From: Peptostreptococcaceae bacterium
GTDB taxonomy: Bacteria > Bacillota > Clostridia > Peptostreptococcales > Anaerovoracaceae
Assembly: GCA_016650175.1 (NCBI GenBank)
Contig: JAENWG010000002.1
Coordinates: 8,214-72,213 of the forward strand
Direction of reading: 5' to 3'
DNA: 64,000 bases
How positions within the stretch are numbered: position 1 is the stretch's first letter; each line of letters begins with the position of its first letter. The position numbers and the translations under genes were made by a program. The notes below the pieces were generated by a model. It worked only from the letters and a program-made list of their open reading frames with translations. It did no database searches and was not told the DNA's origin. Shown here piece after piece: positions 56,647 through 64,000 of this stretch.

Positions 56647-57348
56647 TTACATCCAAAAATCATTATAGCATTCTAAGGTACCATCTTCATCAAAATAGTA
56701 ATATACAGCAGATATAGTCCCTAGGTTAGCATCTTCTGGATGATAGAATTCTTTAATAGTCTCATTCTTAGTAATAATCTCTTCATATGCATCGTTCATA
56801 GTATATCCATGCATTTCTAATGTTTTAGTATTAGATATTTGTTTATTAGTATTATTATCATAGTAGTAACATATGTATGAAGTTAAATTTCCACTTGCTT
56901 CAAAAGAAATTTCAGTTTTAATTGCAAGTACTGAGATATTTAAATTATCTTTAGTAAGTTCATAGTTAATTGTAACTGAAGTCATTTTACTATATGGATT
57001 TTCTTCGTTATATTCACTTAGAGTCATTTCCAAGTCTTCCTTACTGTCATAACCATCAAGACCAGCGTATGGAATATCAGTATTAATTAAATCTCCGTTT
57101 AATACATTTTCCGTAACATTAGGTATTACAATATTTACAGCCACATCATTTATTGTTTCGTTAATTGTAAATCCATCTTCAACTTCTAAATACTCTGCTT
57201 TATCTATTGTCACTTCTTCAGGTTTCGCTTCTTCAGTATTAAGTACTTCATTCGTAGAATCTGTATTATCATTAGAACAAGCTACTAGGGACACTAATAC
57301 AAAAGCTATTAATACTATTAACATTTTCTTTTTCATTATTTTCTCCAT
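56647..57348 (-). CDS. Lipoprotein, unknown function
   Basis: Signal peptide with lipobox (LVSLVAC-S). Acidic and Asn/Thr-rich mature part. Confidence 0.65.
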   Translation of the reverse strand: MEKIMKKKMLIVLIAFVLVSLVACSNDNTDSTNEVLNTEEAKPEEVTIDKAEYLEVEDGFTINETINDVAVNIVIPNVTENVLNGDLINTDIPYAGLDGYDSKEDLEMTLSEYNEENPYSKMTSVTINYELTKDNLNISVLAIKTEISFEASGNLTSYICYYYDNNTNKQISNTKTLEMHGYTMNDAYEEIITKNETIKEFYHPEDANLGTISAVYYYFDEDGTLECYNDFWM

Positions 57349-57374
57349 TCGTCTATTATTCTAAGTAATATTTA

Positions 57375-57407
57375 AGGCAGACACAAGCTTTAAAATTGTG
57401 TCTGCCT
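57375..57407 (-). terminator. Hairpin between the sortase and lipoprotein genes
   Basis: AGGCAGACACAA-N9-TTGTGTCTGCCT (12-bp stem). The T tail on the minus strand is weak. Confidence 0.45.
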
Positions 57408-57412
57408 CTTAT

Positions 57413-58159
57413 CTACTGTTCGTCTACCAGCACTGCTGTAATTAAGAACCTATAATCATGGTCATGATCTATTGTACAGGTTGATAAAGTAATTATTTTA
57501 TCATCAACTGTAACTTCTTTATCCGTATAATTATCTCTTGCCATATTCGTATTATTCAGTGAATCAAGAAAAGCTTGATATCCATCTTTATCATCAAGGT
57601 CATATAACGCCGTAATCAATTTGTTATTGTAAGTAACCGCTGCAAATATTTCATACGTATATATATGCTCAGGCGTATATATTATGATTTCCTTGTTTTC
57701 TTTAAAAAATTCTTCATCATAAAACTTCTGTAAGTCACCAAACATAGTACCTTGACCGTTATCACTTGCCATATGAACATTATGACCATATATTACCGTA
57801 TTGTTATCCGTTAAATCCGAACTGTTAGTCAGATTAATATATATACTTCCCGGTATCCAGTTTTCTACTTTGTTTAAATCATGATTCACATAGTAGTTAT
57901 CCTCATCAGGACTTTGTAGAAGAGGATAATCGACTGTAGTATTTGGTATAGTAATCCAAGCTATTACGTCTTCATTTACATCCCATGCAGCTTCAAAATC
58001 AATCGGTATATCAACTTTTTCAACTACTTTTTCTTTTAGTTCATCTACTGCCTTTTCTGATCTATTACTCGCTAACTTAGAGTTAATTATAAAGGCTGCG
58101 CAGCATATTACTATAACCCCTAATACTATTAGTATTATTGTTCTTCTCTTCTTTGTCAT
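57413..58159 (-). CDS. srtB: Class B sortase
   Basis: N-terminal TM. WI.IP.T.VDYP..Q, IYGHN, TLSTC catalytic motif. 248 aa. Confidence 0.75.
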   Translation of the reverse strand: MTKKRRTIILIVLGVIVICCAAFIINSKLASNRSEKAVDELKEKVVEKVDIPIDFEAAWDVNEDVIAWITIPNTTVDYPLLQSPDEDNYYVNHDLNKVENWIPGSIYINLTNSSDLTDNNTVIYGHNVHMASDNGQGTMFGDLQKFYDEEFFKENKEIIIYTPEHIYTYEIFAAVTYNNKLITALYDLDDKDGYQAFLDSLNNTNMARDNYTDKEVTVDDKIITLSTCTIDHDHDYRFLITAVLVDEQ

Positions 58160-58302
58160 CTACTTCTCCTGTCGAATCAATATACTGAGATTATATCAAA
58201 TATATTCAACATTTACAATAAGACCATAAGTATAACCTTTATTTATAGTTATACTTTCTTAATCTTTTCGTAAGTTATACCTGCTCAAAACATTTCTTCA
58301 AG

Positions 58303-58653
58303 TTATTTAAGAAATTTGCTATACAGACAATATATTATTACAATCCATAAAATTACTATAGGAATTCCATAATACCACTTACCCTTTAAGTCTATATCTT
58401 CCTCTGTTAAAACAATACTTTTAGGTATAAGTTTTAATGATATGAAAATAAAAAGAGGAATAAGCAATAAGTCATCAACATATCCTAACACTGGTATGAA
58501 ATCAGGTATCAAGTCAATTGGTGATAATGCATACGCAATTGTAAACCCAATCATAGCTTTAGCATACCAGGGCATATCAGGATGACTAATTGCACCAGCT
58601 AACATCTTCACCTGTTTATTTATCTTTCTTATTTTTTCTTTTATATTATCCAT
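58303..58653 (-). CDS. DUF1232 (YkvA-like) membrane protein
   Basis: YALSPIDLIPDFIPVLGYVDDL signature. Confidence 0.65.
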   Translation of the reverse strand: MDNIKEKIRKINKQVKMLAGAISHPDMPWYAKAMIGFTIAYALSPIDLIPDFIPVLGYVDDLLLIPLFIFISLKLIPKSIVLTEEDIDLKGKWYYGIPIVILWIVIIYCLYSKFLK

Positions 58654-58856
58654 TAATTAAAGCGCCCAAATATTCTAACTGTTTGAGTAGTGTCAATATT
58701 AGTAATTATACTTTTTTCCATGTTTATTTCTATTGGGTCATTATCATTCCATTCATAACAAGTAAGTATGTCTTTCTTATTAATTCCATAATAATCATTT
58801 GTAATCGTTACCAATTCGCCTGTTTCCTCAATCATAAAATCAAAATATTTAATCAT
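58653..58856 (-). CDS. Hypothetical 67-aa protein, translationally coupled to the DUF1232 gene
   Basis: TAATG overlap with the downstream gene. 12 nt after the NERD gene stop. No family recognised. Confidence 0.35.
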   Translation of the reverse strand: MIKYFDFMIEETGELVTITNDYYGINKKDILTCYEWNDNDPIEINMEKSIITNIDTTQTVRIFGRFN

Positions 58857-58868
58857 AATTCCTCTCCA

Positions 58869-59561
58869 TTACTTTTCAATCTTAGTCTTTATACCTTGTA
58901 TATGTTTCAGCTTAATATCATTAGATACATTTGTATATCTATCTAGTTGTTTATAGATTTTTTTTACTTCTTCAATAGTTATCAAATCTGGCATTTTATT
59001 AAGTTTTCTATAAATTCCTTTTATCATGCCACCTCTATAACCTACGAATGTATCTTTAGACTTATTACTAATTTTTTTTAGTGTACATCTTTGGCTAAAT
59101 ACTATATATGATTTAAACAATTCGTCATCTTCTATATTTAAAGCTCTTTTAATATTAGTAATGTGACCATTATTTTGCCATATAGGATTGAAGAATTTTT
59201 CCTTCTTTCCATTTTTAAATGTTTGTGTCCAAGTCTTATGTCTATCGTCTCCATATATCCAACCACTATAGTTTTTTGATTCGAATACAAAGATGCCTTT
59301 CTTACTAATCATTACTAAATCTACTTCAGTCATTCCTCCATCTTTAGTAGGTAAATATATATTTGTTAACAGTTTTTTGTAAATATTAAATTTCTCTAAT
59401 AACCTAAAAGTATCATATTCACCATAATTTCCTTTATTAAATCTTACTTGTCCGTAAGCATTACCGGATGCTTCCGAATATTTAGACTTTTTATATTCCT
59501 TGTAGCCTAAGAATTCTTTTAATGCAATCATTATCAATAATACAATAATTGATTTATACAT
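58869..59561 (-). CDS. NERD (nuclease-related domain) protein with N-terminal TM
   Basis: G.YGE......L......L.N.......G..TEVDLVMISKKGIFVFESKNYSGWIYG pattern is typical of NERD. Confidence 0.7.
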   Translation of the reverse strand: MYKSIIVLLIMIALKEFLGYKEYKKSKYSEASGNAYGQVRFNKGNYGEYDTFRLLEKFNIYKKLLTNIYLPTKDGGMTEVDLVMISKKGIFVFESKNYSGWIYGDDRHKTWTQTFKNGKKEKFFNPIWQNNGHITNIKRALNIEDDELFKSYIVFSQRCTLKKISNKSKDTFVGYRGGMIKGIYRKLNKMPDLITIEEVKKIYKQLDRYTNVSNDIKLKHIQGIKTKIEK

Positions 59562-59591
59562 CTGCTCTCCCTTACAATTTCATTGGAAATA

Positions 59592-60506
59592 TTATATAAA
59601 TTCTTTCAACTGCTTATTGTTTTCTTCTTGATCTATAACAAGATAATATACACCATCTATCATTGAATCATGACAAAATCCATCAACTGGGAATCTTTTT
59701 TGTTCTAATGTTTTCATATTAGATGTAGCTACTGAGGTCATCAATGATACAATTTCACCTTTTTTATAGCTAGTTTCAACATAAGGCAACACTTTATTTA
59801 AAACACCTGTCATTTCACCGATGTCGCTAACATCTAGTGTATTAAATAACACTTCAAGAACTTCTCTTTGTCTATCTGTTCTTTCAAAATCACCATTACC
59901 TTGATATCTAATCCTGCAATAGCCTAATGCTTGAGTACCATCTAAATGATGTTCTCCAGCTGTATTTATGCCATAATTTTTCATAGCACTAATCTCATAG
60001 TCCTTTATAGTTATATCTATACCACCTACTTCATCAATTATATCTGTTAATCCTTCAAAATCAACATAAACATAATCTCGTATATCAAGTTCAAAATTTT
60101 GATTTATAGTTTTTATTGATAACAATGGACCTCCATAAGCATAGGCATGATTTATTTTTGTCATACCATAACCTTCAACAGCTACATATGTATCTCTCAT
60201 AATAGATGAAAGTTTAATTTTGTTTTCTTCATAATCAAGTGATAATATAATTATAGTATCTGATCTTCCTATGTCATTGTTTCTACTATCTACACCAAAC
60301 AGAGCTATATTTACAGTTTCTCCATTCTGTCCCATAAATTCCTCATCAATACCTAGTTCTTCATTGGTATTAGGTAAGTCATTAATAGTAACCTTATTTA
60401 ACACTGTGTTTATATATATTGCACCTAATCCAATTATCAGTAAAAGAACAGCAACTATAATTATTGTTACTTTCTTCCACCTCTTTAACTTTTTCCATTT
60501 TGCCAT
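59592..60506 (-). CDS. LCP (LytR-CpsA-Psr) family glycopolymer transferase
   Basis: N-terminal TM. NIALFGVDSR....RSDTIIILS, MRDTYV, INHAYAYGG. Confidence 0.85.
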   Translation of the reverse strand: MAKWKKLKRWKKVTIIIVAVLLLIIGLGAIYINTVLNKVTINDLPNTNEELGIDEEFMGQNGETVNIALFGVDSRNNDIGRSDTIIILSLDYEENKIKLSSIMRDTYVAVEGYGMTKINHAYAYGGPLLSIKTINQNFELDIRDYVYVDFEGLTDIIDEVGGIDITIKDYEISAMKNYGINTAGEHHLDGTQALGYCRIRYQGNGDFERTDRQREVLEVLFNTLDVSDIGEMTGVLNKVLPYVETSYKKGEIVSLMTSVATSNMKTLEQKRFPVDGFCHDSMIDGVYYLVIDQEENNKQLKEFI

Positions 60507-60573
60507 TATTTTTATTGCTCCCTTTTACGCATAGTAATCAATCCGATTACATAAATTTTATTATATTTGATAC

Positions 60574-60770
60574 TTAATCCCTACTAAATAAATCCCTTGT
60601 ATATACCTTATCTTCTACATCTTTTAACTCTTCTGAAAGTCTATTAGCGACTATTATATCACTTATTTTCTTAAATTCATCAAAATCTTTTATTACCTTT
60701 GATTTAAAGAATTCTTCTTCATTAATAGAAGGTTCAAATACTACTACTTCAATAATTATTTTTATATGAA
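60574..60770 (-). pseudogene. 3'-terminal remnant (~60 codons) of a UDP-glucose 6-dehydrogenase (ugd) gene
   Basis: Minus-strand translation: ...IIEVVVFEPSINEEEFFKSKVIKDFDEFKKISDIIVANRLSEELKDVEDKVYTRDLFSRD*. This matches the characteristic Ugd C-terminus (IIANR...L.DV..KVYTRDLF..D). There is no start codon or N-terminal domain, and an in-frame stop lies just upstream. Confidence 0.55.
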
Positions 60771-60901
60771 CACATTAACAGTACTAGCAAATATTCAAAC
60801 TTAAGAATATTAGACATTGTCTTAATCAATTTATTATTAAACGCTTTATTAATATATTCCATATTTTATTCGATTTCACTAACAATACGTCTATATTTTA
60901 A

Positions 60902-61363
60902 TTACATCTTTTGATTTTCAATATTTATATATATATCTTTCATTTTTATAAGATAATCTAATGGAATCCATATATATGCTGTCTGTTGAGTGTGCTTATC
61001 ATCCTTATAGTCTTTTATTTCCAAATAATTATTTCTTATGCTCGCATTTCCATGTGCAATTCCATTTCTAATATGTCTTAATAAATCTCTTGCTATGCTA
61101 TTTCCACTATTCATTTCAATATATAAATTTAAATCCTTAGCAGTAGTAGTATTAATTTCGTTAGCTTTTTTAATAATAAAATTGTCCTTTTTTATATAAT
61201 CCAATTTTTTAATTTTGTTAGTATATCTAGCAACTTTATTAACACCTTTTTTCTTCCATTTATAATTTTCAAATTTATTATCATTAAAAATCCAATCTAT
61301 TGTTTCAGCCCATGAATTTCTATTACTTTTATCTATCTTTAAGTTTAAGTCTATAAAAAACAT
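60902..61363 (-). CDS. Orphan protein with HEPN-like Rx4H motif
   Basis: 153 aa. ARDLLRHIRNGIAHGN contains R99-N-G-I-A-H104. RBS GAGGAGAA. No partner gene adjacent. Confidence 0.4.
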   Translation of the reverse strand: MFFIDLNLKIDKSNRNSWAETIDWIFNDNKFENYKWKKKGVNKVARYTNKIKKLDYIKKDNFIIKKANEINTTTAKDLNLYIEMNSGNSIARDLLRHIRNGIAHGNASIRNNYLEIKDYKDDKHTQQTAYIWIPLDYLIKMKDIYINIENQKM

Positions 61364-61434
61364 TTTATAATATTCTCCTCACTATCAACCCTTTACTTTT
61401 GTAATTATATTAAAGTAATATAACCTTTCTGCTA

Positions 61435-62565
61435 TCATATTATTTGGATTCTAAAAAATTCTTTTATTTTTTCACATACATATAGCACTTCATTTTCAGT
61501 TATTTCAGGATATATTGGTAATGCTAACACTTCATTACAAAGGTTTTCAGATACAGGAAAATCACCTGGTTTGTAGCCCAAGTAATCAAAACATTTTTGT
61601 AAGTGTAACGGCCTAGGATAATAAATAGTAGTTTGTATTCCATTTTTCTTTAAAAAGGCTTGTAGTTCATCTCTTTTTTTCGCTTTAATATTAAATACAT
61701 AATACACTGGTAGTTGATTACCTTTAATTGATGGTAATGTTATTTGGATGATACCTATTAATTGTTCATAATACCATTCGGCTACGATTTTACGTTTTTC
61801 TATTGCTTTGTCAATGTTTTTCAATTTAATATTTAATATTGCAGCTTGTATGGTGTCCATTCTTGCATTATACCCAATATAGTCATGATGATACTTCTTA
61901 GTTGCACCATGCACTCTATATGATTTTGCTTTATCATATAGCTCTTCATTATTTGTTACTATCATTCCTGCATCACCATAAGCACCTAATGTTTTAGTAG
62001 GAAAAAAAGAAAATATTCCCATATCGCCTATAGTACCCGAATGTTTTAAATCACTATTTGTTCCTTGCCACTTCATTCCAAAAGCTTCTGCTGCATCTTC
62101 AAGGACTTTTAAATTATATTTTCCAGCTAAAGTATTTACTTTATCCATATCAGTCATTTGTGAAAACAAATGAACAGGTAATATACCTGCTGTGTTTTTA
62201 TTTATTTTTTCTTCTACTAAATTCATATCCATATTAAAAGTATCTTTATCTACATCTACAAATACGGGTTTAGCACCTGAATGATATAAGCAAGAAGCTG
62301 AAGAGAAAAAAGTAAACGGACTAGTAATTACTTCTTTATTGTTGTTGAATTCTAATACATCCGTAGCCAAAGCTAATGCATCTGAACCTGAAGATACTGC
62401 TATAGCATATTTTGCACCCGTATAATCAGCTATACTTTTTTCGAATTCTTTGACTTGATTACCCATAATGAAATTTCCAGCTTTTAGAACTTCGGACACT
62501 GCATTATCTAATTTATCTTTATTATTATTATACTCTCGAGTTGGATCAAAAAACTTAACTTCCAT
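61435..62565 (-). CDS. DegT/DnrJ/EryC1/StrS family sugar aminotransferase (WbpE-like)
   Basis: 376 aa. SSGSDAL and SFFPTKTLGAYGDAG (PLP Lys) motifs. Confidence 0.85.
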   Translation of the reverse strand: MEVKFFDPTREYNNNKDKLDNAVSEVLKAGNFIMGNQVKEFEKSIADYTGAKYAIAVSSGSDALALATDVLEFNNNKEVITSPFTFFSSASCLYHSGAKPVFVDVDKDTFNMDMNLVEEKINKNTAGILPVHLFSQMTDMDKVNTLAGKYNLKVLEDAAEAFGMKWQGTNSDLKHSGTIGDMGIFSFFPTKTLGAYGDAGMIVTNNEELYDKAKSYRVHGATKKYHHDYIGYNARMDTIQAAILNIKLKNIDKAIEKRKIVAEWYYEQLIGIIQITLPSIKGNQLPVYYVFNIKAKKRDELQAFLKKNGIQTTIYYPRPLHLQKCFDYLGYKPGDFPVSENLCNEVLALPIYPEITENEVLYVCEKIKEFFRIQII

Positions 62566-62575
62566 ATTTCATCCT

Positions 62576-63145
62576 CTACTTACTTTCTGTTAATTTAAAT
62601 TCATTTATTAAAACATATCTTTTAGAACAATCTGGACACATTAATTTATTATCTAACACTTGACCACATTCACAAGCCCAGCCTTTTAGTTCTGCTGGTG
62701 CGCCTAACATTAACGCATAATCAGGTACATCCTTTGTTACTATTGCTCCAGAACCTATTAATGCATATTTACCTATTGTATTTCCACAAACTATGGTAGC
62801 ATTTGCACCTATAGTCGCACCAAATTTAACCAAGGTTTTTTTATAGTTAACACTTCCTTTAGGATATTGAGCTCGAGGTGTTAAATCATTAGTAAATACC
62901 ATTGAAGGTCCACAAAACACGTCATCTTCTATCTCCACACCCTCATATACTGAAACATTGTTTTGTATTTTAACACCATTTCCGATTTTAACGTTGTTAG
63001 AAATATTTACATTTTGACCTAATGAACAATTTTCACCTATAACTGCTCCTTTTTGAACGTGACAAAAGTGCCATACTTTAGTACCTTCACCTATTTTAAC
63101 ATTATCATCTATATAACTTGATTCATGAACAAAATAATTTGACAT
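62576..63145 (-). CDS. Hexapeptide-repeat N-acetyltransferase (WbpD-like) with C-terminal CxxC...CxxC tail
   Basis: Left-handed beta-helix repeats (IGEN/IGNG...). C-terminus CECGQVLDNKLMCPDCSKRY. Confidence 0.8.
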   Translation of the reverse strand: MSNYFVHESSYIDDNVKIGEGTKVWHFCHVQKGAVIGENCSLGQNVNISNNVKIGNGVKIQNNVSVYEGVEIEDDVFCGPSMVFTNDLTPRAQYPKGSVNYKKTLVKFGATIGANATIVCGNTIGKYALIGSGAIVTKDVPDYALMLGAPAELKGWACECGQVLDNKLMCPDCSKRYVLINEFKLTESK

Positions 63146-64000
63146 TAGAATTCACCTTTCATATCTATACTTGAAAATTTATTTAATGGCAATTTTACAG
63201 GTTTGCCTTCTTTCTGACTTTTGTATATAGCTAATATTATTTCCAAAGCATTTTTGCCTGCTACAGCGTCTACATATGGTTTCCTGTCTTCATTAATTGC
63301 TTCCATCATATCTTTAAATAATAAGGTGTGACCATTTCCGTATATATTACTTGTTTCTTCAGCTAGCTCTTTATTATTAATATCTTCTGCAGTTTCATCT
63401 TTAAAACTCCAAACGTCAATATTATTTGTTGATTTACCACCTATTTTAACAGTACCATTCTCGCCAAATACATATAGAGTTTCTTCTAAATTACTTGGGT
63501 ACACATTAGTAGTTCCTTCTATAGTGGCTATTGCGCCATTTTTAAACTTAACTACAGCCATTCCTATATCTTCTGCTTCTAAATAATCATGAAAATGTTG
63601 CCTTGTACTTCCATAAACTTCTTCAACTTCATCTCCGAACATCCATCTTAATAAATCTATTCCATGAATACATTGGTTCATTAAACAGCCACCATCTTGT
63701 GCCCACGTTCCTCTCCATGGTGCCTGTTTATAATAACCTTCATTACGATTCCACCTTACATGAATTGAACCATGTGATAATTTACCAAATCTATTTTCCT
63801 CTATGGCTTTTCTAAGCTCTTGCACTGCAACGTTAAATCTGTTTTGATGGCATGCCGATACTTTCACATTGTTAATTTCAGATCTTTTAATTATTTCATT
63901 TGCATCTTCCATACTCATAGCCATAGGTTTTTCAATAATCACGTTTATTCCATTGTCTATACAATATAGCGCAATTTCTGCATGTATTCCACTTTCAGTA
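63145..64000 (-). CDS. Gfo/Idh/MocA family oxidoreductase (WbpB-like), N-terminus outside the window
   Basis: The frame stays open to the window end (…HAEIALYCIDNGINVIIEKPMAMS…). The EKP motif and C-terminal dimerisation-domain pattern are present. Confidence 0.8.
   Translation of the reverse strand, partial: TESGIHAEIALYCIDNGINVIIEKPMAMSMEDANEIIKRSEINNVKVSACHQNRFNVAVQELRKAIEENRFGKLSHGSIHVRWNRNEGYYKQAPWRGTWAQDGGCLMNQCIHGIDLLRWMFGDEVEEVYGSTRQHFHDYLEAEDIGMAVVKFKNGAIATIEGTTNVYPSNLEETLYVFGENGTVKIGGKSTNNIDVWSFKDETAEDINNKELAEETSNIYGNGHTLLFKDMMEAINEDRKPYVDAVAGKNALEIILAIYKSQKEGKPVKLPLNKFSSIDMKGEF

Noticed and set aside
1-64000. CRISPR arrays, rRNA genes, intact IS elements/transposases, prophage structural genes
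   Set aside because: I saw no regularly spaced repeats, no rRNA-like conserved stretches, and no transposase-like ORFs or terminal inverted repeats. The only RNA gene recognised is tRNA-Sec.

Overview
Visibly AT-rich chromosomal segment from a low-GC Firmicute, probably Clostridia or Tissierellia-like; GC content was not computed. Everything here comes from reading the ORF translations and the DNA by eye, with no database search.

Gene content in order:
- 1-4114 (+): 3' part of pyruvate:ferredoxin oxidoreductase, then nfnAB.
- 4229-9026 (-): complete selenocysteine-insertion operon, selD - tRNA-Sec - selA - selB. Two UGA-recoded genes here are missed or truncated by the ORF track: selD itself (Sec16) and a 108-aa IscA/HesB-like selenoprotein downstream of selB.
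- 9235-29277 (+): orphan permuted-BMC protein, a PocR-domain histidine kinase with an AraC-type response regulator, a DUF1097 membrane protein, and a ~16 kb B12-dependent diol/glycerol dehydratase microcompartment operon (pduABCDEGH-K-J-L-eutJ-MNOPSTUV) that ends in gldA rather than pduQ/pduW.
- 29871-40184 (+): housekeeping genes (DUF896, nifS-nifU-mnmA-alaS, ireB, ruvX, purO-like, purB, AICARFT-only purH, ecsC).
- 40393-49781 (-): SOS-controlled yneA-like gene with three LexA boxes, ybaK, a TVP38 protein, ynbB, an embedded tyrosine recombinase, and miaA-mutL-mutS.
- 49906-52797 (+): operon of a tocopherol-cyclase-like protein, a polytopic membrane protein and a TIM-barrel protein.
- 53088-61363 (-): AT-rich, unidirectional accessory block, followed by a wbpB/D/E-like glycan locus.

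The accessory block holds the most novel-looking content:
- An overlapped XRE - ImmA/IrrE - PIN-like triad.
- Two orphan single-TM proteins.
- A lipoprotein and a sortase B.
- A NERD - 67 aa - DUF1232 coupled unit.
- An LCP protein.
- A 3' remnant of ugd.
- An orphan Rx4H (HEPN-like) protein.

No CRISPR array, rRNA or intact IS element was recognised.
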